From Promethearchaeota archaeon (GTDB taxonomy: Archaea > Asgardarchaeota > Lokiarchaeia > Sigyniarchaeales > SOKP01), in the NCBI GenBank assembly GCA_019058445.1, contig JAHPZA010000006.1:960001-1024000 (forward strand): a stretch of 64,000 nt of DNA, in the 5' to 3' direction. Below, in pieces: positions 39,691 through 47,584 of this stretch (positions are counted from its first letter, which is position 1; each line of letters starts with the position of its first letter). Below the pieces are notes generated by a model. It did no database searches, was not told the origin of the DNA, and saw only the letters and a program-made list of their open reading frames with translations. The position numbers and the translations under genes are program-made.

Positions 39691-41520
39691 TTAAAACTTA
39701 TATTGTCCATTTAGTATATTATCATAGATCTCCTTTGTCAAAGGTACGTATTCTGCCTTACTTGGCAACATAACATACAAGGGGTCATCTATCATCTCAA
39801 GATCAAAGCCCTCTTTTTTTAACTCCACTTTTTTAAATTTAAATGTCGGGGTGATCGAGAGATTCGATTTAAATCTTAGAAAAATTGGCATAGCATAGGG
39901 AGGGAGATTAATTCTAAAATGATTAGTCAATCCACTAAAATCAAAATGCTCAATTTTAATACTAATTACCACGGAAGCCATTCCTGCCCGTCCATCAGTA
40001 CCCGGTATTTTCACACCATACACAGATGACATTAAAACTGGTTCAAAAACGTTGAGGACTTCTTCTACCTCGGTCGTGGATACATTTTGCGCTTTCCAAC
40101 GAAAAGTATCTCCGATTCGATCAATAAATTGAACATGATTACACCCTTGATCTCTCATTAAATCACCAGTATTGAACCAAGCATCTCCTTCTTTGAAGAC
40201 ATTTCGCAAAATTTTTTTTTCCGTCGCGTTTTTATCAGTATAGCCAACAAAGACAAATTCATTTTGAAGGCCCCAAAGAAGCAAACCCGTATCACCAGGT
40301 TTAACTTTTTGCATGAATCCGTTCTCATTTCTTATTGGCTGTTCTTCATCGAAATCATATGTGACAACCGCATAAGGATTTGAACAATAACCAACAGTAC
40401 AGTCAAAGTTTAAATAATTGGCAAATACAGTACCTGTTTCTGATGCTCCATATATTTCTCCTATCTTATTGATGCCGAATCGTTTTTTAAAATCCATCCA
40501 TATATCCGGGCGGAGACCATTGCCCAAGATCGTTCTCACAGGATTATTTGCATCATCAGGATTGGAAGGCCGATTAATCAGATAACGGCACAATTCTCCG
40601 ACATAACTAAATGCAGATGCATTATATTTACGAATATCATCCCAGAAGTGAGAAACGCTAAATTTACTTCGTATAGCCGTAGCTGCACCGACTCCAAAAG
40701 CTGCTGCCCAAGCTACGCATAATCCGGTAGTATGATATAAAGGAAGTGCAATATACATAGTATCTTCGGGTGTTAATTCCCCCAATAACAGACCAAATAA
40801 ATAATGACTGCCTACCATACGTAAATGGATTAATATTGAAGCTTTCGGTAAACCTGTCGTACCTGATGTGAATACATAAGCAAGTGGATCGGAACCCTTA
40901 ATATTGGAGGTCATTGAAGGATTTTCAGCAGAAAAATCCTTGACAACTTGGCTAAGATCAAGAAATCCATCTGGAATGGGCATTCCACATTGATCTGGTA
41001 AAAAAAGGAGATTCTGCCCTTTTCGTAAATTAAGATCAGGTTTAACATTATTAAAGGCATTAAAACAGTCTTCATCAACTATAAAAACATTTGAGGGATT
41101 AAGTTTTAAAGAATGTGCCAGAGTTCTCTCACGCTGTTCGGTATTGATTAATGAACTAATTGCCCCAATTTTCCCAAGGGCACTAAGGGTGATTAAAAAT
41201 TCAGGGCGATTCATCATCATAAGCTCTACAACATCACCTTTTTTTAAGCCTAATGAAATAAAATAATTCGCATAGCGATTTACCCATTCATTAAATTCTT
41301 TAAAAGTTAACATATTATCTTCAAATTTGATGGCGACATCTTCGGCATATTTTTCTGCATTTCTTTCTACAACTTTTCCCCAGGAAACCTTGTTTTCGGC
41401 AACTATTTTGACGATCTCGGCAACTTCATGGGCATGTTTTTTATTAAATTCCCTCAATTTTTTTCTAAATACTTTCTTATCAATAAGATCCGGTTCTTTC
41501 TGGTTTGGTTCTTCTAACAT
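39691..41520 (-). CDS. Long-chain acyl-CoA synthetase, FATP type, paralog 6
   Basis: FTSGTTGLPK, GNGLRP, YGASE, DRIGDTFRWKAQNVST. Confidence 0.93.
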   Translation of the reverse strand: MLEEPNQKEPDLIDKKVFRKKLREFNKKHAHEVAEIVKIVAENKVSWGKVVERNAEKYAEDVAIKFEDNMLTFKEFNEWVNRYANYFISLGLKKGDVVELMMMNRPEFLITLSALGKIGAISSLINTEQRERTLAHSLKLNPSNVFIVDEDCFNAFNNVKPDLNLRKGQNLLFLPDQCGMPIPDGFLDLSQVVKDFSAENPSMTSNIKGSDPLAYVFTSGTTGLPKASILIHLRMVGSHYLFGLLLGELTPEDTMYIALPLYHTTGLCVAWAAAFGVGAATAIRSKFSVSHFWDDIRKYNASAFSYVGELCRYLINRPSNPDDANNPVRTILGNGLRPDIWMDFKKRFGINKIGEIYGASETGTVFANYLNFDCTVGYCSNPYAVVTYDFDEEQPIRNENGFMQKVKPGDTGLLLWGLQNEFVFVGYTDKNATEKKILRNVFKEGDAWFNTGDLMRDQGCNHVQFIDRIGDTFRWKAQNVSTTEVEEVLNVFEPVLMSSVYGVKIPGTDGRAGMASVVISIKIEHFDFSGLTNHFRINLPPYAMPIFLRFKSNLSITPTFKFKKVELKKEGFDLEMIDDPLYVMLPSKAEYVPLTKEIYDNILNGQYKF

Positions 41521-41620
41521 ATTAAATCCCCTTCTATTTTTTAGTTATTTAAAACAAAATAAATCATTCGATTTCTTAGAATAAAAGAAAATTTTGTTAG
41601 AAAATAAGTAAGAAAATTCC

Positions 41621-41748
41621 ATTTATAAATCTTACATTCATGTTAAAATTCGAATCCAAAATTTTTCAAGAAATTATCTTAAAATGGAGTAAATTTGTTC
41701 TAAATAAAATAATGAGAATAAACAAAGTTATAATCTGATTATTTTGTT
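41621..41748 (-). repeat. Degenerate adk-tail/terminator copy plus downstream spacer and promoter (most distal copy)
   Basis: 41711..41748 matches 45441..45478 at 32/38; 41621..41737 aligns ungapped to 46389..46505 at about 91/117. Confidence 0.75.
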
Positions 41749-41765
41749 ATGTCATTTTTTATTTT

Positions 41766-42377
41766 TCATTCTTGCCCTTGAATAATGAATATGAGCAACC
41801 TCGTTAAAAATTCAATTAATTCATCTTCCGTTTCAAATATAGGCATGATAAACAGATGTCGATGTATTATTGCTTCAAGAAAGGAAAAGAGAAGCATTGA
41901 TTTCTTTAGTATTTTTTCTTGAGGAATATTTTTAAAAAAGTCTAATTTGTGTAATTTAATAACTGAACCTTCCATCATTTCCCTAACTATCTTCTCTTGA
42001 TTGCTAAAAAGTTCTTTATTTGACATCCTAGCTTGATCAAAAGCTTTATATAGTTCAAGATTTTCTCTGTGAGAATTTAAATGGTTTTTTACAATTATTT
42101 TGAATAGCTTAATGGGATTATCTTCCTCAATTTCAGCTAACTGATTGAGATCTAAGATTTTATCGATTGTAAAGTTATAGAATACACTTGCTATTGAGGG
42201 CATTCCTTTAGGAAAATAACGATATATTGTTCCAACACTTATTTGAGCTTTTTTAGCTATATGTCTCGTGCTTACATTGCTATATCCGTATTTATTAATA
42301 AGATCAATGAAAGTTTGGAAAATTCGTTTAATTTTCTCCTCCTTATTTCTAAGAGGTTTCTTCTTTTTTTCTAACAT
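41766..42377 (-). CDS. TetR/AcrR family transcription regulator
   Basis: GYSNVSTRHIAKKAQISVGTIYRYFP HTH. Confidence 0.92.
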   Translation of the reverse strand: MLEKKKKPLRNKEEKIKRIFQTFIDLINKYGYSNVSTRHIAKKAQISVGTIYRYFPKGMPSIASVFYNFTIDKILDLNQLAEIEEDNPIKLFKIIVKNHLNSHRENLELYKAFDQARMSNKELFSNQEKIVREMMEGSVIKLHKLDFFKNIPQEKILKKSMLLFSFLEAIIHRHLFIMPIFETEDELIEFLTRLLIFIIQGQE

Positions 42378-42389
42378 CAATTATATATA

Positions 42390-42430
42390 ATGAACAAAGT
42401 TCATAAACTTTTTATATGAACAAAGTTCAT
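42390..42430. promoter_or_regulatory. Two identical perfect palindromes ATGAAC-AAA-GTTCAT (probable TetR operators)
   Basis: Copies at 42390..42404 and 42416..42430 between the divergent TetR and membrane genes. Confidence 0.8.
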
Positions 42431-42457
42431 TAACTGTTATAGTCTAAAAATGAAAAA

Positions 42458-42913
42458 GTGTTGAAAAAGAAAAGTATGATTCTCCAACCTCCTATAAAAG
42501 AAAACCCATTGGGACTTCTAGCTGTGTTTTCTTTCATGTTATTCCTTGTAAGCATTACTACAGGATTCATATTATGGTTAATGACTAAGAAAAAGTTTGC
42601 AAAATGGTATACAGATCATAATATTAAAAAAAAAACCATCCTAAAGCTACATTGTTATGCATCTTATATTGCAGTAATTCTCGGTATCTTACATGGAATT
42701 GTAGAATATCAAGAATGCGAAACTTTATGGAGTATTAAATGGATTGCGGTTTATATAATGGGTGTCCTATGTTTTACTGGGGCGTTATTTCCTAAATTAA
42801 GTGAAATTTTACCTAATATAAGCAGGAAAAGAAAGATGACCGTATTGAGAATAATTCATTTTAGTTTACAAATTATAGTATTGGTTATTATAATTGACTT
42901 TTTATGGTTATAA
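42458..42913 (+). CDS. Four-TM membrane protein with His residues in the TMs (cytochrome b / ferric-reductase-like)
   Basis: LKLHCYAS..ILHG and RIIHF in hydrophobic helices; heme binding is an inference. Confidence 0.55.
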   Translation: MLKKKSMILQPPIKENPLGLLAVFSFMLFLVSITTGFILWLMTKKKFAKWYTDHNIKKKTILKLHCYASYIAVILGILHGIVEYQECETLWSIKWIAVYIMGVLCFTGALFPKLSEILPNISRKRKMTVLRIIHFSLQIIVLVIIIDFLWL

Positions 42914-42945
42914 TGAGATATAAAATGGTTATAATGGGATATAAA
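42904..42945. repeat. 21-bp tandem direct repeat (2 copies, 1 mismatch)
   Basis: atggttataatgagatataaa / atggttataatgggatataaa. Confidence 0.85.
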
Positions 42946-42948
42946 ATC

Positions 42949-42990
42949 AAAAAAAGAGAAAAAAGAAGGTTATAATCCGATTATTTTTTT
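42949..42990 (-). repeat. adk-tail/terminator copy
   Basis: 42 nt identical to 45437..45478; reads K-I-I-G-L-stop plus a T-rich tract on the minus strand. Confidence 0.9.
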
Positions 42991-42996
42991 AAAGTG

Positions 42997-43635
42997 CTAG
43001 TTTGTTTTAAGCAATAACCATTGCCTCTTAAAAAAGAGAGCCAAAACTAATATTGATCCCGAAGCCGTAATCATCCATGGTGAAGCTATAAGGAGTAAAG
43101 CAATGGAGAAAGTAGGGTAGAAATACACCAGAGAAATTATGGGGGTCATTAATGCATGAGCTAAAAAAAATCTTCTAACCCACCTTTCCATTCCCTGCTT
43201 GGCAAACACAGGAATTGCAAATAAACTCGCTAAACCCATGAATATATACCCCAATGCGTCAACATCCCAGAAAAGTGAATGTGGTGTTTGATCTAGAACT
43301 TTAATCTCATCATAATTACCACTTAGAATCATAGGGATAACAGTTGCCATTTGAACAACATAGTTCAGAATAACATAAGTTGCATATATAGCGGAAAAAA
43401 GAACAGCTGCATGAGCCCAAATCATCTTATCTTCGGGTGCTGAATGATAAAGCGCAAGCATAGCAAGTATAAAAGGTACAGGAATTCCAAGTGAAAATCC
43501 ATAAATTAGAATCGCATCTAAAGGAAATTTAATAGAACCTAGAAGTTGCAGAATCTGTGCTATATCAAACCCCACACTTGCTATAAAAGCCATAAGTGCC
43601 GACCAATAACCAATCTTATAAATATTTTCATCCAT
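42997..43635 (-). CDS. Hypothetical multi-pass membrane protein
   Basis: About 6 TMs; YVILNYVVQ, SLFWDVDALGYIFMG; function unknown. Confidence 0.7.
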   Translation of the reverse strand: MDENIYKIGYWSALMAFIASVGFDIAQILQLLGSIKFPLDAILIYGFSLGIPVPFILAMLALYHSAPEDKMIWAHAAVLFSAIYATYVILNYVVQMATVIPMILSGNYDEIKVLDQTPHSLFWDVDALGYIFMGLASLFAIPVFAKQGMERWVRRFFLAHALMTPIISLVYFYPTFSIALLLIASPWMITASGSILVLALFFKRQWLLLKTN

Positions 43636-43876
43636 ATTTTATTTATTTTAGCTTGGTTTTTTTTATTGTATTTCATCCAATTTTTTTAAAAAATTCTTGG
43701 ACAAAATTTAATAGAGACATATTATATTTAAACCTTTTGTTTTTTATCTAATAAATAGCATTTCTTGTTGGATATTATCTAGTAAAAAAGATCTTTCATT
43801 AGAATATATATAGATAATCAGAGATTTATTAAATATTATACAAAAAATTTAAATCTTTAAAAAGTATTATTTAATT

Positions 43877-44326
43877 ATGGACGATTTAGATCATCAAATT
43901 CTTGAGAAATTACAGGAAAACGATAAATTATCATACAAAAAAATTGGTAAAGCTTTAAAAAAACCAGCAAGCACCATCCATTTTAGAGTTAAAAAGATGA
44001 TTGATGAAAAAATAATTATTAAATTTAGTGCAATCGTAGATATGGAAAAATTAGGTTATAATACAGTAGGATGGCTTGGATTGACAATAGATCCTTTGAT
44101 GAGAGATGAAATTATTAAAAAACTTGCCTCGTATAAATTAATAAAAATGATTTCTTCTACTACAGGAGATTATAATTTAATTCTACATATACTTGCTGAA
44201 AATGAGAAAAAATTATGGAGTTTTATTAGAGACAATATCCAAATAATCGAAGGGGTTCATGATGTTCATGTAAGTTCCTCTTTAAAAATATATAAATGGG
44301 AAACTGCTTATTTTTTAAAATTATAA
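43877..44326 (+). CDS. Lrp/AsnC family transcription regulator
   Basis: DDLDHQILEKLQEN..STIHFRVKKM HTH; TGDYNL RAM domain. Confidence 0.92.
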   Translation: MDDLDHQILEKLQENDKLSYKKIGKALKKPASTIHFRVKKMIDEKIIIKFSAIVDMEKLGYNTVGWLGLTIDPLMRDEIIKKLASYKLIKMISSTTGDYNLILHILAENEKKLWSFIRDNIQIIEGVHDVHVSSSLKIYKWETAYFLKL

Positions 44327-44332
44327 AAATTT

Positions 44333-45151
44333 CTAAAATAATTCATCAAGGCTGAATCCACTTTCTAATAATTTTCCAAGTCGGGAAATAAACCTCGTTG
44401 CAGGAGCACCATCAACAATATCGTGATTTAATAAAACAGTCATAGTCAAGTATTCCCGAATTTCAATCCGATCATTAATGACTCCTGGTTTTTTGTTAAT
44501 TCCTCCTATCCCAAACGCTAATGGATGAGCCGTAGTCGGAATAGGCCATCCAAATAGATTACCGAACATTCCAACAGCAGTCACAACGATAGTTCCCATA
44601 AGCTGTTTGACTTTAATGGGGTTTTTAAGTGTATGTTTTAATAGAAATCTTCTAATAAATTTTGGCAAAGATACATAAAGATTCATCTTTTTATCAAGAT
44701 TACCACTACCTAATACAGCAGCACGATTTACTTTTTCAGATTGAGCAGCTCTTATTTCATCATGAATCTCCTTAATACTTTTTCCATTTGTTTTTCTAAT
44801 CAAAAGAGGTAAGGGTACTTTAATTCCATTAACATCTCTTTCAACTATCGTTGAAATATCAACATCTTCAAATCTAATTATTCTTTTACTTCCCTTCATT
44901 ATAGAATGGACCTCTTTATGTTCACTTGCAGCTTGTCCTATACATTTCAAAAGCCATGCTGTAAAAGATATTTTAACACCAGTATCTTTTTCATATTTCC
45001 GAATAAATTCTCGACCTCTCGTAACATCAACTTCAATTAATCCTTTTACATAATGAACTTTATCTCCCTGTGCAAGAAAATCAAGAGTAGGAATTCTTGC
45101 TTTTGGAAACTTTATAACTTCATAAGATCCAACATTTAGTTCTTTTTTCAC
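44333..45151 (-). CDS. Stand-alone 2-oxoacid dehydrogenase E2-type acyltransferase catalytic domain
   Basis: ISFTAWLLK, GTIVVTAVGM, NHDIVDGAPATRF; no lipoyl or E3-binding domain. Confidence 0.85.
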   Translation of the reverse strand: MKKELNVGSYEVIKFPKARIPTLDFLAQGDKVHYVKGLIEVDVTRGREFIRKYEKDTGVKISFTAWLLKCIGQAASEHKEVHSIMKGSKRIIRFEDVDISTIVERDVNGIKVPLPLLIRKTNGKSIKEIHDEIRAAQSEKVNRAAVLGSGNLDKKMNLYVSLPKFIRRFLLKHTLKNPIKVKQLMGTIVVTAVGMFGNLFGWPIPTTAHPLAFGIGGINKKPGVINDRIEIREYLTMTVLLNHDIVDGAPATRFISRLGKLLESGFSLDELF

Positions 45152-45436
45152 TCTGTATTAACATCTCTTCTTTTTTAAGGAAAATATAATAATAGATTTC
45201 TAGAGCTTTAATTATTCTCTATAAAAGGAATAATACAATTTAGATCTATTTAAATTGGAAATAGTTAAAAAAAATTTAAATACATTATTAATAAATCTTA
45301 ATTTTATATTTGTAAAAGTTGGATTAAGGAATCTGGTTCCCTTTAACTCCATTATTTATTTGCAAATTCAGAGTATTCTCAAAGGTGTGTAAAGAAAAAA
45401 AAAATTTCGGTGCATTAATCATTTCTAAATATCTTA

Positions 45437-45532
45437 AAAAAAAGAGAAAAAAGAAGGTTATAATCCGATTATTTTTTTGATGTCGTCTTCGGTTAAGGCA
45501 AGCGTGTTTTCCGCATCGACCTTTTTCAGCAA
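45437..45532 (-). pseudogene. adk: Displaced adk 3' fragment (24 codons + stop) with T-rich terminator
   Basis: 45458..45532 encodes LLKKVDAENTLALTEDDIKKIIGL*; 67/75 nt identical to adk 47585..47659. Confidence 0.92.
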
Positions 45533-45550
45533 TTTTTTCTTTTTAGAAAT

Positions 45551-46282
45551 TCATATCATCTTGGGAATTTTAAGCTTTTGTGTCAGTGTTTTAAGACCTT
45601 CTTCTTGCTGAACGCCAAAGGAATTAAGTGCCATAGCATACATATTGTAGAATCCCACAGTGAAGACCAGATCTATAAGCTGGTCTGTATTATACCGCTC
45701 AGCTAGAGAATTCCAAGTCTCATCTGTAATAAAGGTGTCTAAATAGAGTTCGTCCACCGCACGGAGCAATGTGGCATTAAAAGTATCCCACTCCTCGGCG
45801 TCTGGTCCTTCCATAATACGGTTGATTTCATTATCGGAGAGGTGCCCACCCGCCTTTGCACTAAGAGTATGATGCCCCCATTCATATTTCGAATAGCACA
45901 GCCATCCGATGCGAAGAATAAGAAGCTCTCTATCCCGGTCGGGGAGTGACGAAGAAAGTAAATGATGTTTGAGCGTCGCAAGTCGTACATATAAATCTCT
46001 ATTATTTGCCATTGTCGAATCATGATTGAAGATTGGAAAATACTTCGGAGCTTCGTCTATACTTCCTCCTAAAAACGGAATTAGTGGTTTATACGCTTCA
46101 ATGCCCCTTTGAACTGCTTTGTCAAATTCTGATTTATCCATCGCTGATTTTAGAACTTCCGTCGCCTTTACTCTTATTTTAATATATTCATCTTTTTCCA
46201 TGAGAGGGATTCTGGGCTTGGAAAGCCGTACATGTTTACGTGGCTCTATTTTTCTTATCACTTCTCCTTCTTGATTACTCAT
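45551..46282 (-). CDS. Carboxymuconolactone decarboxylase / AhpD-like protein, paralog 2
   Basis: LPDRDRELLILRIGWLCYSKYEWGHH, LLRAVDEL, DLVFTVGFYNM; RBS ggtga before MSNQ. Confidence 0.85.
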   Translation of the reverse strand: MSNQEGEVIRKIEPRKHVRLSKPRIPLMEKDEYIKIRVKATEVLKSAMDKSEFDKAVQRGIEAYKPLIPFLGGSIDEAPKYFPIFNHDSTMANNRDLYVRLATLKHHLLSSSLPDRDRELLILRIGWLCYSKYEWGHHTLSAKAGGHLSDNEINRIMEGPDAEEWDTFNATLLRAVDELYLDTFITDETWNSLAERYNTDQLIDLVFTVGFYNMYAMALNSFGVQQEEGLKTLTQKLKIPKMI

Positions 46283-46388
46283 TACATATTTCACCCTTTA
46301 ATTTTGCTTTTTTATTATTTTAATTGTTGATTTTTCTAATTTATACAATATTGTGAAAAAATTTCGTTATACGAAATAGGTTTATTTT

Positions 46389-46505
46389 ATTAATAAAATT
46401 TACATTTCTGTAAATTTGCTTATTCAAAATTATTCAAAAATTTTTCTTAAAATTGATGAAATTTGCTCGAAATAAAAAAAAGAGAATAAAGAAGGTTATA
46501 ATCCG
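46389..46505 (-). repeat. adk-tail/terminator copy plus downstream spacer
   Basis: 46474..46505 (aaaaaaaagagaataaagaaggttataatccg) matches the 45.4-kb copy with 1 mismatch; the whole segment is homologous to 41621..41737. Confidence 0.8.
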
Positions 46506-46542
46506 TCTAACCTGTTTTTTATGGAATAACTTTAAATCACAA

Positions 46543-47517
46543 TTAAGTTGTTAAATGATTAATCTTATCAATTGCATTTTTTTTAATTTTTTTTATAATG
46601 CAATTTTTTAAAGTAATAGTACCCGCTAATTTTTTAAAAGTTTTGAGGATCTGAATATCCGAATTTTCAATGATAACATCTTTAGATGCTCCGAATTTAA
46701 GAATATTTGTGCTAATACTCTTCATTTTTATATCTGAGCAAAATTTTAAATTGATATATTCCGAAAAACTACAATTTTCGAAGATTATGTGTTGAGAATC
46801 TATTAATTTAACATATTTTAATTTAAAATTTTTAAAAATTAGAAAATGTCTATTCTTAATAATTTTTCGTAGGTCAAACTCTTGGTTATTTTGATCAAAA
46901 TAATCAAAAATTGCCGGATCTGCTTTAGTTCCATTTCCCTTACATATTAATTCTGTTAATAAACCGAGACCTCCTACAGAAAATGTTTTATAATTCTCTA
47001 ATAGTGGTTTTTGGATGATTTTGCTATCGTATTCATACCGCCTATGGACTTGATTATTTTCAAATATATTTCCTCTACTTAAATGAAGTATATCCCAAAA
47101 GATGTTCCAAATTTCACAATTTTTGAAAACATTATTAAAGCATTTGTATAATTGAAACCACTCTTGGGATCTTGAATCTTCAAAAGAACAATTATGGCAA
47201 ACAATGAACAACACTGAATCACACCTAATTTTTTGAATTTTTATATAAGAACAATAACAAAGGTTTAAAATTTCAAATGTGGTATTTTCGATTGTAATAT
47301 TTTTTGAATATAATAAATTGACATACTTAAGGGTACAATCTTTTATTAGAATATATAAATCTGATTCCATAATATCAAAATCAGTAGGCAATCTCAAGAA
47401 CGAGTCAATAACTAAAGGATCTTCTTTTGATCCACTCCCCTTACAATTTATTTCGAATTCTTCAATTTTCGCAAAATTTCTCCATCTACTATAATTTCTT
47501 CTTAAAGTAAGTTTCAT
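46543..47517 (-). CDS. Right-handed beta-helix (NosD/pectin-lyase-like repeat) protein with two modules
   Basis: CKGSGSKEDPLVID and CKGNGTKADPAIFD caps, each followed by NITIENT/IIFENC-type repeats; start MKLTL at 47517. Confidence 0.65.
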   Translation of the reverse strand: MKLTLRRNYSRWRNFAKIEEFEINCKGSGSKEDPLVIDSFLRLPTDFDIMESDLYILIKDCTLKYVNLLYSKNITIENTTFEILNLCYCSYIKIQKIRCDSVLFIVCHNCSFEDSRSQEWFQLYKCFNNVFKNCEIWNIFWDILHLSRGNIFENNQVHRRYEYDSKIIQKPLLENYKTFSVGGLGLLTELICKGNGTKADPAIFDYFDQNNQEFDLRKIIKNRHFLIFKNFKLKYVKLIDSQHIIFENCSFSEYINLKFCSDIKMKSISTNILKFGASKDVIIENSDIQILKTFKKLAGTITLKNCIIKKIKKNAIDKINHLTT

Positions 47518-47584
47518 CTTACATCCATAATATATTTCAATATAAACTTCTTTGCTCCAAATAGAAAAAAAAAGAAAAAAAAGG

